Origin: a virus
Direction: 5' to 3' (one strand)
DNA: 64,000 bases
IMG/VR virus record: IMGVR_UViG_3300044712_000340
Coordinates: 1-64,000 of that record
Every line of letters starts with the position of its first letter. Position 1 is the first letter of the stretch. Positions 1 to 10,795 of the stretch are shown here, piece by piece. The notes under the pieces were generated by a model that was not told where the DNA came from, ran no database searches, and worked only from the letters and a program-made list of their open reading frames with translations. The translations under genes were made by a program, and so were the position numbers.

Positions 1-119
1 TAAGCTCCTTCCAATAAACCCCCATAAGCAATATGTCTTGTGTCTGTTACTATACCCTTCTGTTTCTTTATGTACCTAACTTCTATTTTCTCATTAGGTA
101 ATTGAAATACTCCTGCCAT
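1..119 (-). CDS. 5' part of conserved structural-module gene downstream of the major capsid gene (runs off the window)
   Basis: ATG at 119, open frame MAGVFQLPNEKIEVRYIKKQKGIVTDTRHIAYGG to the window edge. Confidence 0.6.
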   Translation of the reverse strand, partial: MAGVFQLPNEKIEVRYIKKQKGIVTDTRHIAYGGLLEGA

Positions 120-143
120 TTTTTTTTTATTTTTAAAGTTAGT

Positions 144-173
144 AAAAATTCAGGAGGATTTCTCCCCCTGAAT
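144..173 (-). terminator. Intrinsic terminator after major capsid gene
   Basis: ATTCAGG..CCTGAAT stem followed by a T-run on the minus strand. Confidence 0.7.
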
Positions 174-181
174 GAATATAA

Positions 182-1678
182 TTATGCTAGAATTGTTGGT
201 AACAATGTAGCTGTTTTACCTGGGTCAAGAACAGCAGCACCTAACTGTGCATAACGAGTATAAGTAGCTGAATCTTCCATAGTTCCCATGTATTTAATAT
301 CACGTTCACCAGTAAATGCATTACGGAAACCTGACATATAACCTCTAAATTCACCTTCAGTAGTTTCTACCCTTTGAATATTGGCTTCTGAGTTAGTAGC
401 TTGACTACCCATATAAAGAATATCGTAACGATAACTTTCTGCAACACCTCCATTTGGATGAAGAATCTTGTTACGAACTTTATCATCATACATAGCATCA
501 ACTTCTAACTTAACTTTAATTCCGTTAGGAGCTAACCATTCTGTAAATTGATAACCAGCAGTAAGAGCATTTGAATGTAGAGGAGATTGAGTCTTCATAA
601 TATTTGCAGGATTATCACCACGCAAATTGAACCAACCTTTACCTAACTCAGTAACTGCTTTAGAAAATTGAGAAGCACCTCTAGTACCTGTACGAATCAA
701 GAATTCCCTATCTCCTAGGTCAGTTTTACCTTCAACTAAGTCATTAAGAATTGATTCAAGTAAGTCTAAACTGAATGTGTTATAGAATTCAGTATTAGAT
801 ACTTCCATTTGTTCCCTGATACCAGCCCCTTGTTTAATATAAAAACCAGATTTTCCAATATCATAATAAGAACCATCAGAAGCTCTATTAGACCTAGAGA
901 ACATTAAAGCTACTGCTTTTTCTTGTGCCCATTGACGTTCAAATTGCCACTCAGCATATTGCATCCAAGCAGTAAATGATTTCAAGTTTCCTTGAGCGTC
1001 TTTACCTTCAATAGTTGTAGCAACACGTCTGTTTAACAAATTACCAGGAACTTTATGTTCCATACGCAATGAAGTAAAGCTATTTCTCATATCAATAGGA
1101 GTAGAAAAATGAATATTTCCACCTTTTACTGACATAGTATCTTCTACAGGAGAGAACTCTTTAGAGAACCTTTTACCAGCAATAAGCTCTGATCCAGGAA
1201 CACCATTAGAGTTATAACCCATTACTTGAGTTTTATAAACCCAACCAATAGCTTCTTTAACTGGTTCATCAAGAATTCTGAATTGATACACTTCATTCTT
1301 TTCACCTACAATAACGTTAACATCAGTGAAATATTTTTCACCAAATACAAGGTAGATAATACTACCAGAAGCACCTACTCCTACATCACCTGTAACAACA
1401 GGAGAAGCTGAAGTTGATACGTAAGCCATTAACAAAGGAATGTTCCTGTTGTCACCACCAATAAGTTTCCATGTAAAATCCTCATCATTTTCTAAACGTT
1501 TAACTGGGTATCTGCTTAACACAGTCTCCAAGTTATTAACGCCAGAAGAAGCTAAGATTTGAATCATGGCTTTGGTTAAAATTTGTGGTTGAGATCCAAA
1601 AATCAATCCAAGATGGTTCTTGGTTGTAAGACCTGACCAGTTTTTAACCTCAGTCATTTGAAATTTTCCTAATTCCAT
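182..1678 (-). CDS. Major capsid protein, crAss-like
   Basis: 498 aa; N-terminal WSGLTTKNHL and GAGIREQ motifs resemble crAss-type capsid proteins; order terminase-portal-scaffold-capsid. Confidence 0.9.
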   Translation of the reverse strand: MELGKFQMTEVKNWSGLTTKNHLGLIFGSQPQILTKAMIQILASSGVNNLETVLSRYPVKRLENDEDFTWKLIGGDNRNIPLLMAYVSTSASPVVTGDVGVGASGSIIYLVFGEKYFTDVNVIVGEKNEVYQFRILDEPVKEAIGWVYKTQVMGYNSNGVPGSELIAGKRFSKEFSPVEDTMSVKGGNIHFSTPIDMRNSFTSLRMEHKVPGNLLNRRVATTIEGKDAQGNLKSFTAWMQYAEWQFERQWAQEKAVALMFSRSNRASDGSYYDIGKSGFYIKQGAGIREQMEVSNTEFYNTFSLDLLESILNDLVEGKTDLGDREFLIRTGTRGASQFSKAVTELGKGWFNLRGDNPANIMKTQSPLHSNALTAGYQFTEWLAPNGIKVKLEVDAMYDDKVRNKILHPNGGVAESYRYDILYMGSQATNSEANIQRVETTEGEFRGYMSGFRNAFTGERDIKYMGTMEDSATYTRYAQLGAAVLDPGKTATLLPTILA

Positions 1679-1700
1679 TTCTTAAGTTTTAAACTTGTTA

Positions 1701-2783
1701 TTAATCTATTAAACTAACTATAGGAGAATCATATGAATCTTGATCATCTAATCCTACAGATGATCCTCCTGATTTTATGTAAGTGCTATTTTGTATAGCA
1801 TCTCTTAATTTCTTTGAAGCTGTAGTATTGGATTTGTTTATAAACTTGTTTATATCTTTAAATCCATTAGTTAAATCATACATATAATATAAACTTTTTT
1901 CAAACCCTACAGGATCTTCTAATCTATGTTTCATTAATTTATTTAAAGGCTCTCCTTGTTGTGAGTATTCAACTACTTTAGTCATAGTGTCATATACTCT
2001 TTGTTTTAATCCTTGATCTACTTTAAAAGAACCTAAAAAATTATCTTCTTCAAATACAGCTTTTTTTAAGTTATTTACTTGTTCTTCAGCTCTTTTCTTT
2101 TGCTCTAGCTCGTTTTGTTTCTCTAGTTTGATTGTATTTTCATATTCTTGTGCTTCCTTTAATTTTAGATTATCCCTAGAAGCTTTTGCTTCTTCATAAG
2201 ATTCTCCAGCATCAAAAATACGTTTATAATCTCTTTCTGCTCTAGACTGATCAAAACCACTAGCAAGTCTGTCATTTATTATTAGTTGTTTCCTTATCTC
2301 TTCATCTTCACTTAAAATATCATCTGTAATATTTTCAAAGATCGTTCTTGTTTTTTGATGTGATTGAATTACTTCACTTGGTACTCCTTCTCTTAAAGCT
2401 TCAAGATATTCTCTTTGTAACTCATTCAAATCTGCTAACTCATTCTTTTTAATTTCCTGCCTAAAAGCTTCTGCTAAATCTTCTTCATTTTTAATCTTAA
2501 TATCAAGGTCAGAAAAGAATCCCTGTTCTTTAAGAAACGAAGCTAAAGGCTCAAACACATCTTCAGCGGCAGGAGAATCAGGGTCATTAGTCTCTTCTTC
2601 TTTTTCTTTGAGATCCTCTTCTTTCCTATCTTCACCTACGTTCTCCTGCTTTTCAGCATCGGCAATTTCATTAGTATTAGTTATTTCTTGTGTAGTATCA
2701 ACTACCTTATCTTCTGGTTCTTCTGAGTTAAAATCTATTAAACTCATGTCAAATGTAAAATCTTCTCCTGCCATAAAAATCAT
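1701..2783 (-). CDS. Acidic scaffold-like protein between portal and capsid genes
   Basis: Acidic disordered N-terminus, coiled coil, synteny. Confidence 0.65.
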   Translation of the reverse strand: MIFMAGEDFTFDMSLIDFNSEEPEDKVVDTTQEITNTNEIADAEKQENVGEDRKEEDLKEKEEETNDPDSPAAEDVFEPLASFLKEQGFFSDLDIKIKNEEDLAEAFRQEIKKNELADLNELQREYLEALREGVPSEVIQSHQKTRTIFENITDDILSEDEEIRKQLIINDRLASGFDQSRAERDYKRIFDAGESYEEAKASRDNLKLKEAQEYENTIKLEKQNELEQKKRAEEQVNNLKKAVFEEDNFLGSFKVDQGLKQRVYDTMTKVVEYSQQGEPLNKLMKHRLEDPVGFEKSLYYMYDLTNGFKDINKFINKSNTTASKKLRDAIQNSTYIKSGGSSVGLDDQDSYDSPIVSLID

Positions 2784-2796
2784 AATTAATTTGTAA

Positions 2797-2804
2797 CAAA
2801 TATA
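2797..2804 (-). promoter_or_regulatory. Bacteroidetes -7 promoter element (TATATTTG)
   Basis: Matches TAnnTTTG just upstream of the scaffold gene. Confidence 0.7.
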
Positions 2805-2826
2805 ATAAGACTTTTATTAAAAATAA

Positions 2827-2860
2827 AAGAGAACTAAAGTACTGATACCTTAGTTCTCTT
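2827..2860 (-). terminator. Hairpin/terminator after portal gene
   Basis: AAGAGAACTAA/TTAGTTCTCTT inverted repeat with T-rich tail on the minus strand. Confidence 0.6.
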
Positions 2861-2883
2861 GTCAACTTATAGCTAAACTAATA

Positions 2884-5187
2884 TTATTTCTTGGAAGGTT
2901 TTGACCTTTCTACTTTCATTTTATCTTTATGTTGTTCCATCTCAGATTGTAGTTCTTTAATCCTTAACATTATTTCATCTTTGCTAAGTTCTGTGTTAGA
3001 GTCTATCTGTTTATTAGTTGTATCTTGCTGCATCTGAGCTACAAGAAGTTTAGTAGCATTATTGGCATCTATAGTATATAAAGCTAACTCACGTTCTTTG
3101 TCTTTTTCTATAGAAGCAGCCTGTAATTGCTCCTGTTGTATTTGCATTTGTTGTTGTGCTTGTTGTTGTTCTATTTGTCCTCGTTCAAATTCAGCTAACT
3201 CTATTCTTCTTTTCTTATCTGACATAGATTCTGAGAACAATATATCCATAACAACACTTAAAGACCCCCCATTCTGCATAAAGGCATGAGCAAACTGATT
3301 GAGTGTTTGTTCCATTTCTTTAGCTTTACTTTCAGCAGATACAAATATATCATAATCTAATTCTGAAAATTCGTCCCCATCTAGTTCAAATACTTCAGCA
3401 GAAAAGTCATCTAATATATTCTGAAGCTTCATCTTATTTCCTCTTAAAGCTATTTTAGCTGTTTCAAGAAATATAGTAAGTGCTCTTACTTTTACAGATT
3501 CATGTTTTTTAAACCACCATTCTGTATTGTTAGAAGATTGAATTACTGATCTTTCTACACCACCTAAAGTTTCAGAAGAAGTTGTAGCTCCTTGTCTTTG
3601 AGGAGTAATACCTACTATTTCAGACATTTCTGCCTTTATATAAGATAATAAGTTTATATGTTGTTGTATGTAATTACCTGTATCTACATCTATACCTCTA
3701 CCTGAAGTATTAAATTGTCCCGCTAGTTTACCTGTTGCTGCTCCTTTATTAATCTCTTTAGCAGAATCTATAAACCCAATACCATAATCTTTAGCAAAAG
3801 ACATCCATTTATGAACACCCCAACCTTTAGGTATCTTAGCCATATCTACCTCTAGTATCTGACCTAAGTTCTTTTCAATAGCTCTTATAACTCTATACCA
3901 TATAATATCATATAGGTATTGGTATGATTTCATTCTATCTACAAGAGATATAGATTTACCTTGATTATAGTTATATATTTCTCCTACAATACCAGGATGC
4001 CCTATTGAAGGATTGCCCATACGAGAGTATTGTACAGGCTTAGGTCTCATATTAAGATAAATATCAGCTATTTTAGTTCCTTCCCACCATTCATTTACCC
4101 ACATCTTTTCTACTGTCTCTCCTCTTGATGGGTCTGGAATATATTCTTCTGACATTATTTTAGTTTCAGGATCTCCATTCTCATCAAAGCCTGACACTTT
4201 AAGAACTAATTTTTTAGATCTCCAATAACATCTAAGAACCCTTATATTTCCTGAACTATCTACAAGTACTTTAGAATATGTAGAACCTGAAAGTTGTGTA
4301 GCAGCAACAAATCCATCTACAATAGATCCTGCTGTATCACCTATAATAAAACTATCTGCAAATGAAGCAGTAGCAAAGTTATTACCTGTATTTAGAAATC
4401 CTCCTGATATTCTATCTACATCTTCAGGTTTTAATTGGTCATAATATACATCAATTACTTTGCCTGGATTCCAATATTCTTCTACTATAATTACATCAGA
4501 ATCTTCTATCCTACCAGAGAAACCACTTCTAAGAACATGTACTCTTTGAGGGTTTAGTTTTTCAAATGTAGGCTCATTACCTTGAATATCACATTGATAT
4601 ATCTCTTCTCCTTGTACTAAGACATCTCTAAACCCTTCATTAAATTTAGATTTCATTTCTAAAGCCCTAAAGTAGTGTTTGAGTAATTTATTAGCTCTTA
4701 CTTCTCTTAGGTCTTTCCATTCATACTTAAAGTATATCTTTAGTTTCTCAAGTTCTGTTTTTATTTCTTCTTCAGATTTATCTTGACTTATAAGATCTGT
4801 TATTTTTTTATCTATAATAGATTTCTTTTCTTGCATCTTCATAGATATACCTGTAGAATCTCCTACCATTATAGTAAAATCAAAAGGTCTTTTAAGTTCT
4901 TCCCCCACAAGTAAATCTATTTTAGGGACAAGTATTGGTTGGTGTTGTATATCATTAGGAACATAATCTGCTATAGTATTGGAAGGATTTATGACTTTCA
5001 TCATATCAGGTATATTTAATTTACCTTCATATAAATCCTGACAGATTATTTTACTTCTTATAGTACGTCTAGTACCTAAATTATATTGATAAGATAGTCC
5101 TGTATCTAAAGCATTTAGACATGCTTTTCTCCATTCTTTATCTTTCTGTTTATATGTTTTCTTTTGTGGAGGTAATTTTATATCCAT
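2884..5187 (-). CDS. Portal protein
   Basis: 767 aa; IVGITPQRQG, WVNEWWEGTKI motifs, Q-rich C-terminal coiled coil; adjacent to terminase. Confidence 0.9.
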   Translation of the reverse strand: MDIKLPPQKKTYKQKDKEWRKACLNALDTGLSYQYNLGTRRTIRSKIICQDLYEGKLNIPDMMKVINPSNTIADYVPNDIQHQPILVPKIDLLVGEELKRPFDFTIMVGDSTGISMKMQEKKSIIDKKITDLISQDKSEEEIKTELEKLKIYFKYEWKDLREVRANKLLKHYFRALEMKSKFNEGFRDVLVQGEEIYQCDIQGNEPTFEKLNPQRVHVLRSGFSGRIEDSDVIIVEEYWNPGKVIDVYYDQLKPEDVDRISGGFLNTGNNFATASFADSFIIGDTAGSIVDGFVAATQLSGSTYSKVLVDSSGNIRVLRCYWRSKKLVLKVSGFDENGDPETKIMSEEYIPDPSRGETVEKMWVNEWWEGTKIADIYLNMRPKPVQYSRMGNPSIGHPGIVGEIYNYNQGKSISLVDRMKSYQYLYDIIWYRVIRAIEKNLGQILEVDMAKIPKGWGVHKWMSFAKDYGIGFIDSAKEINKGAATGKLAGQFNTSGRGIDVDTGNYIQQHINLLSYIKAEMSEIVGITPQRQGATTSSETLGGVERSVIQSSNNTEWWFKKHESVKVRALTIFLETAKIALRGNKMKLQNILDDFSAEVFELDGDEFSELDYDIFVSAESKAKEMEQTLNQFAHAFMQNGGSLSVVMDILFSESMSDKKRRIELAEFERGQIEQQQAQQQMQIQQEQLQAASIEKDKERELALYTIDANNATKLLVAQMQQDTTNKQIDSNTELSKDEIMLRIKELQSEMEQHKDKMKVERSKPSKK

Positions 5188-5204
5188 AGTAAAATAATTT
5201 ACTA

Positions 5205-5212
5205 CAAATATA
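5205..5212 (-). promoter_or_regulatory. Bacteroidetes -7 promoter element (TATATTTG)
   Basis: TAnnTTTG upstream of portal ATG. Confidence 0.7.
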
Positions 5213-5224
5213 TGTACTATTTAA

Positions 5225-7474
5225 TTAAAAATCAAACTGTAAGTTACTATTAGCTAACATAGGATTTTGGGATTGTCTTCTATGATAGTTATTAGTTAGA
5301 AAAGCATCGTTAGCATATTCATCTTCATCATCATTATCTGTATTTCTTGTAGCTTCCACTTGTTTATATCTATCAGCCCTTAGTACAAATACCATATTAG
5401 CAGCAGACACTCTATCAAAGTTTCCATCTAAATTCCAGGATATACATTCTTGTAAGTAACCAAAAGACCTAATAGACTTAACATTTAAATTATACTCTAC
5501 TTTTTCTTCCCCTTCTGAATTTGTAATTATTATAGGTCTTTGTTTATTTTCACTTCTCATCCAATCTGCTTGTTGTTTTCTAGCCCAAGCATTTATTTGT
5601 ACAGATGCAGGAGTGCCATAAGATCTATTTCCTATAAGTCTAGCATCCTTTATATAATTCATATCTTTTAATATAGAAGGTGTTTCAGCAAGGTATCTTA
5701 ATTTATTCCTTCTATTAATATACTCATATAATCCTTTTCTATTATTCTCATAATTTATTTGAGCGTTATAAAATACAGCTAACTTTAGAGCTATGTCAAA
5801 ATTATCGTCTGCTAAAGGGTGTCTCCCTATCCATTCAGCTACAAATACATCATTCCATAAATCAAATACATGTACCCCAAATAGTGATATTCCATATGTT
5901 TTATATGTATCGTCGTCTACTGGGTCAATTCCGGCTATATATCTACCGTTAGGTATTTCTTTGCCTTTAGTGGCTTGAGGTAATTCGAATATCTCTATAG
6001 CCCCTAATAAGTTAGTACCTTTATAAGGCCACTCTCTAATAGGATGTTTATCAAATACAGGTTTATATTCTACCTTATCTGAGCCTATCCAGGTTAAATC
6101 TACTATATAGTGATTAGATAGAAATTGTTCTCTTGCAGGAGATATATTAGCTAAATGTTCTTTTAATTCATGTACAGGAAACTCTGAACCTTGTATTCTC
6201 ATAAAAGCTTCTTGAGGAGTTATAGGTTCTTCTGCCTTTACACGAGACAAGTACTGAGTATCATCAGAACTATATTTCACTTCTAACCTATGTTCTATAT
6301 CTTCTCCTAGTGCTTTTATTACGTCTGAATTTCCATCTCTATCATAACAGTCTGCCCTGTTGAGATAATCTGGTATAAATAAAGCACATGTGTTTTTTTC
6401 AGAGTTTTTATCAAATACATTTCTAATACCATAAACGTGATATGCTTTACATTTATAAAATAATTGCTCTAATCCTTGGAAGTTAGACGCTTCATCTCCT
6501 CCTGTACCAAAAGCTATTTGAAATCCAAATACCCTTTTACCGTCCTCTAATGATTTTAAAGCAATATTCCAAGATTGAATTAGATTAGGATTAGACCCCG
6601 ATTCTTCCCATGCTATAAGCTTTCCCCTTTTTCCTCTCGATTTCTGGGGATTATTTTTAAGGGTTACACCTATTCTTTCAGATTTAAACCCATATTTAGT
6701 AGAATCTCCAGGTTTAGTATATCCTGAAATTCTATGCATTAAAGAATCTTTTAAGGCTAACTTCTTACTAAACCCACAATGAGTATTAACAAAAGAGAAA
6801 TTATCATCTGCTTTATTTAATATACCATCTGCATCAAGATATTCTGATTCAGCAGCAAAAGCATATGATTTACTTTTAGATATAAGAAAGAAATTTCTAT
6901 TTAACATACTAGCTAACTTAAAAGAGTAACCTTTACCCCTAGCTTTAAGAGTTGCTCCATGCTTTCCTGCCTTTTCAGCTTGGTCTACATAGTGAAAAAA
7001 CATATAATCTCCATCCCATATATCAGGAAACCCTTCTACCCTATCTACTCTGCTAGCCTCACCTTCAACTCTTTTAGTTAATAGTATAGGCCCATAGTTA
7101 AGATAATAATAGTAGTATCCTGGTATCCATTCTCCATCCTCTTCTCTTACATATCCTTCAAGACACCTTCTAATTTCTTCATCCCAAAACTTCTTATAAG
7201 GACTGTTAGGACTTCTTGAAGGGTAATAAGGACAGTATTTGCCTGTAGTTAAAAAAGTCTCTCTTGTTTTAATAAAGTAAGACATATTTTCAAGTATATG
7301 AGGTCTAGACACGTCTACTATGATTCTACCTTTAGAATCTCTAGGCATGTCTTTAGATCTTGGACGATTAGGATTAATCATCCAATTAACAAGAGGAATA
7401 TTCAAAACTAAATTAGTTAATTCTGTATATCCCTCTGTACCTTGTTTAAATATATCTTCTACTTTACTAATCAT
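5225..7474 (-). CDS. terL: Terminase large subunit
   Basis: Walker A-like KARGKGYS, Walker B IAWEESG, FGTGG coupling motif, nuclease GIDP and GNFDRVSA. Confidence 0.93.
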   Translation of the reverse strand: MISKVEDIFKQGTEGYTELTNLVLNIPLVNWMINPNRPRSKDMPRDSKGRIIVDVSRPHILENMSYFIKTRETFLTTGKYCPYYPSRSPNSPYKKFWDEEIRRCLEGYVREEDGEWIPGYYYYYLNYGPILLTKRVEGEASRVDRVEGFPDIWDGDYMFFHYVDQAEKAGKHGATLKARGKGYSFKLASMLNRNFFLISKSKSYAFAAESEYLDADGILNKADDNFSFVNTHCGFSKKLALKDSLMHRISGYTKPGDSTKYGFKSERIGVTLKNNPQKSRGKRGKLIAWEESGSNPNLIQSWNIALKSLEDGKRVFGFQIAFGTGGDEASNFQGLEQLFYKCKAYHVYGIRNVFDKNSEKNTCALFIPDYLNRADCYDRDGNSDVIKALGEDIEHRLEVKYSSDDTQYLSRVKAEEPITPQEAFMRIQGSEFPVHELKEHLANISPAREQFLSNHYIVDLTWIGSDKVEYKPVFDKHPIREWPYKGTNLLGAIEIFELPQATKGKEIPNGRYIAGIDPVDDDTYKTYGISLFGVHVFDLWNDVFVAEWIGRHPLADDNFDIALKLAVFYNAQINYENNRKGLYEYINRRNKLRYLAETPSILKDMNYIKDARLIGNRSYGTPASVQINAWARKQQADWMRSENKQRPIIITNSEGEEKVEYNLNVKSIRSFGYLQECISWNLDGNFDRVSAANMVFVLRADRYKQVEATRNTDNDDEDEYANDAFLTNNYHRRQSQNPMLANSNLQFDF

Positions 7475-7647
7475 TTAGATTCATTAAACCTTTGTCCTAA
7501 CCAATTAGCAATATCAGCATCATATACTTTTTGTAAGTATTCTGCTGGATCTTCATGATTTGCAGTTATCAACTCTATCCTAGAATCTGATAATAAGTAA
7601 TTACCAAAAGATACTAAATCATCTAAGTTAAATTTTTGTTCTTCCAT
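7471..7647 (-). CDS. Small hypothetical protein (58 aa), not in ORF track
   Basis: MEEQKFNLDDLVSFGNYLLS..., fills gap, ATGA overlap with terL. Confidence 0.65.
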   Translation of the reverse strand: MEEQKFNLDDLVSFGNYLLSDSRIELITANHEDPAEYLQKVYDADIANWLGQRFNESK

Positions 7648-7648
7648 A

Positions 7649-7834
7649 TTATTTAATTTTAATTCTAATTCTTTTTCTTTGTATTAAAAGTTCAAGAAAT
7701 TCTTTAGTACTATTACACATTTTAGATATAGTAAGTTCTTCTGACCATACTCCAGATATAGGTTCAAGTACCTGATATACAGTACCTCTACTAAAATCAT
7801 TTACTTGTTTAGGGTAAATATAATCAGTCTCCAT
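7649..7834 (-). CDS. Hypothetical protein
   Basis: ORF packed in operon. Confidence 0.55.
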   Translation of the reverse strand: METDYIYPKQVNDFSRGTVYQVLEPISGVWSEELTISKMCNSTKEFLELLIQRKRIRIKIK

Positions 7835-8372
7835 CTTCGTAAATTCCTTTCTGTCCAGACCCTCTAATACTACCTTCTATTTCTTGTTCTTTTTTAATCT
7901 GTTCTTTAAGTTCTCTTATAGCTTGCATAAGTTTGGGAGATTCCTTTATAGAATCTATAACTTTCTTAGGATCATAAACCAAAGAACCTTTCATATCTCT
8001 TTCAGAATAATCTACATCATCAAAATATCTTCCGGTTTTATCAAGAGCATTTAATACCCTGTCAAGATATAAAGAAGTAGGTGTATGGCTTCTACTTTTA
8101 TAGAAATCAATAGCTTCTTGAGTAACTTTATCTATTTTTAGTTTATCAGATTCTGACATAGATAATAATATAGCCTCACTTCTCTCTTTTTCATCCCTTA
8201 TATCAGAATACTCTGACTTAGGATTGCACATAAAAGCAATGTAAGATAATTCAGATATACCATATCTTTTATCTTTATACTTATCTAATACCTTTTTAAA
8301 ACAAGATAATGTAAGTACTTGTGGGTTTATCTCTACCTCAAAATCATCATTAAATTCAAATAAACTATTCAT
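7824..8372 (-). CDS. Conserved protein upstream of terL, possible small terminase subunit
   Basis: 182 aa helical protein ending in RGSGQKGIYED; function inferred from position only. Confidence 0.45.
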   Translation of the reverse strand: MNSLFEFNDDFEVEINPQVLTLSCFKKVLDKYKDKRYGISELSYIAFMCNPKSEYSDIRDEKERSEAILLSMSESDKLKIDKVTQEAIDFYKSRSHTPTSLYLDRVLNALDKTGRYFDDVDYSERDMKGSLVYDPKKVIDSIKESPKLMQAIRELKEQIKKEQEIEGSIRGSGQKGIYEDGD

Positions 8373-8488
8373 TATGTTTTTATCTTACCGCAATTCAAAC
8401 ATTGTCTATACATTATAAATTTACCATTTTTCATGGATGCTTTCCTAATCCATCTATGCCCAAAAAAGAAACAATAAATTCTTTTCAT
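8372..8488 (-). CDS. Small Cys/His zinc-binding protein (DUF1660-like), not in ORF track
   Basis: MKRIYCFFFGHRW...CLNCGK. Confidence 0.55.
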   Translation of the reverse strand: MKRIYCFFFGHRWIRKASMKNGKFIMYRQCLNCGKIKT

Positions 8489-8489
8489 A

Positions 8490-8945
8490 CTAACAAGGTT
8501 TTACATTTACATCTAAAGTAGTTGTCGTATTACCTGTAATGGTATTATACTCTTGTTCTAATTCCTTAATTTCTTCTAATTCATCTATGTTAACATAAAC
8601 ATATTTTACTTCTCTTGAAGAAATAAACAAGTAAGGCTTTTTATCTATAATCTCAATAGGAGGAATAATTTCATAATTATCTGGCCCTATATCACTTACA
8701 GAACCTATTTGTCTAGCACCTTTGTTCTTTTTAGGAAATCTATCTACAAATAATTCTATTTCTTCTCCAGCACTAACATTAGCATTAGGCCCTGCTACAA
8801 GTACAGTCTGCCTTGATAATATTTCACCTGTTTCTTTTGATGTTAGTATAACTCCTCCAGGGGATATCTTTCTTGTATTTGCTGTAGTAATAATATGATC
8901 ATACATACATCTAATTGGCAACTTCTCTATTCTTTTCTTTTTCAT
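8490..8945 (-). CDS. GroES-like co-chaperonin fold protein
   Basis: IRCMYDHII..SPGGVIL..TVLVAGP..V.AGE resembles GroES mobile loop and strands. Confidence 0.6.
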   Translation of the reverse strand: MKKKRIEKLPIRCMYDHIITTANTRKISPGGVILTSKETGEILSRQTVLVAGPNANVSAGEEIELFVDRFPKKNKGARQIGSVSDIGPDNYEIIPPIEIIDKKPYLFISSREVKYVYVNIDELEEIKELEQEYNTITGNTTTTLDVNVKPC

Positions 8946-9159
8946 TTAACTTACTTCTATTTAATTTATTTTTAACTGCTAATTTACCAAATCCAGGTAA
9001 AGAAAAATTAGTCTTTACACCTTCTAAACTATCTAAATTCCTGTATACCTTCTTAGTAATATTCATTCTTATATAACTCATAAAAGTAGTAATAACACTT
9101 TTAACTGTATTTACTGGTATACCTAAAGTATCTGCTACTTCTTTAAATATTTCATCCAT
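8911..9159 (-). CDS. HU/IHF-like DNA-binding protein
   Basis: EVADTLGI..VKSVI..F and FSLPGFGKL motif. Confidence 0.7.
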   Translation of the reverse strand: MDEIFKEVADTLGIPVNTVKSVITTFMSYIRMNITKKVYRNLDSLEGVKTNFSLPGFGKLAVKNKLNRSKLNEKEKNREVAN

Positions 9160-9521
9160 TATAGAAACACTAACTTTAATTCAAAAGATTCTTTTGGTGG
9201 AATATAAGATGGATTTATACCTTTATCTTTAAGTGCTCCTTTCTTTCTAAGAATAGTAAGATAATTATGTAATACACCGTCCTTCATATTAAACTTAACC
9301 TTTATATTCTTCTTAACATCAATATCAAATAGTAACTTATTAATAAGTAAGTCATCATGTACAGGATATTTATTTACTATCTCATAATACTTTAATATTA
9401 ACTCTACTAATATATCTATTTCTTTATCTCTAAGGCTATGCCACTTATGAAGTGTATCTAGGTACAATCTAACTCTCTGCTCAACAGATGTTGATTTAAT
9501 AGGAATACTTATTGATTTCAT
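9159..9521 (-). CDS. Putative winged-helix protein; probable start at 9521
   Basis: NYLTILRKKG helix; promoter at 9540-9547 overlaps the longer track start. Confidence 0.5.
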   Translation of the reverse strand: MKSISIPIKSTSVEQRVRLYLDTLHKWHSLRDKEIDILVELILKYYEIVNKYPVHDDLLINKLLFDIDVKKNIKVKFNMKDGVLHNYLTILRKKGALKDKGINPSYIPPKESFELKLVFL

Positions 9522-9539
9522 GCCGCTTATTTTACAGTA

Positions 9540-9613
9540 CAAATATAAAACAAAAATAATTAAAACAAAATATAACCTATAATAAAAATTATATTATAAA
9601 TATAATACATTTG
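9540..9613. promoter_or_regulatory. Divergent pair of Bacteroidetes -7 elements
   Basis: TATATTTG on minus (9540-9547) and TACATTTG on plus (9606-9613). Confidence 0.65.
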
Positions 9614-9638
9614 TATTAACAAACAAATAAATTAAAAT

Positions 9639-9851
9639 ATGGAAAAATTAATTAAAGAATTTGAACGTATATGTGATCAAGGTATATACCCTTGGAAAAT
9701 GGCAAAAGAATGTACAGAAGTGAGCAAGAAAATAGCAATTAAATATTCTGATTATATTTACGATAATTTTCAATCCTATGACGGATTAGATTTACCTGTA
9801 TCACAAGAAGAACTATTTGATAAATTTATAGAAGAAGAATATGGAAAGTAA
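9639..9851 (+). CDS. Hypothetical protein
   Basis: ORF with AT-rich leader after promoter. Confidence 0.6.
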   Translation: MEKLIKEFERICDQGIYPWKMAKECTEVSKKIAIKYSDYIYDNFQSYDGLDLPVSQEELFDKFIEEEYGK

Positions 9852-9954
9852 TGTAAACCATCCTACTCATTATGGTGGAGATGACCCTCTAGAAGTAATA
9901 AACATAATAGAATATTATAAACTAGGATTCTGTTTAGGTAATGTATGTAAGTAA
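9841..9954 (+). pseudogene. Truncated DUF3310-like gene
   Basis: MESNVNHPTHYGG..EVINII....GFCLGNVCK then stop where the family continues KY..R. Confidence 0.65.
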
Positions 9955-10794
9955 CATAGAAATTTTAGGATGGAAACAAGGCAAATTACCTTATCAATTC
10001 TTTGATGGTATACATATGCTAGTATTTTCAGATCATCATAAAATACAAATAAATCACCTAGCAGATGATGTATGTATATTTGATGGTATTATAAAAAACA
10101 AGTCACAATTAAAAATTTTAATGCAATGGTTAAATATAAATTAAGATTAGTACATTATTGGAGAATACTATGGTATACATTTTTGTTATATTTAACAATA
10201 GTACATGTAATACAAAGGTTTAAATCTCCAAAATTAACAGAAACACAGCTATTACAAGAAATACCTAATAATTTAGTTTTAAAATTTAAACTTTAATGAA
10301 ACAATTAAATATAATTTAATATGGGATGTAATGATGATAGAATAGATGGAATACCTACTTTTAGTGAACTTACATCTAAATTTGATTTGAGTAAGTATTT
10401 AGGTAAAGGAATACATGAACAAATACAAGAAAGTAATATTACTAACTACAATACATTAACACCACAAATACTAGAAAAATTTATACAAGATTCGGTAAGT
10501 AAACAACAAAATATAGATCCTGAATTTAAACAAATAATAGATGATAATTTCTTTAACTTAATTTAAATTATTATGAAAGATAGATGGGTTAATGTAAAAC
10601 GAGCTGTTCCAAATATAGATGAAGAAGTATTAGTTTGGGTAGGAGATGATCAACAATGTTTTGATGTAGCTAGATATAATCCTATTTGTGCATCTCACAA
10701 TAATGGGTTTCAATGCAACTTAACCCCAAACAATTATAGAAATATAACTCATTGGAAATACATAGGAAATAAACCTATTATTAAAAATAAATGA
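9941..10794 (+). CDS. Cluster of small hypothetical ORFs (9941-10144, 10321-10566, 10573-10794; last is DUF551-like)
   Basis: ORF track; WVNVK..P...EEVLV...ITHW pattern in the last. Confidence 0.55.
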
Positions 10795-10795
10795 G

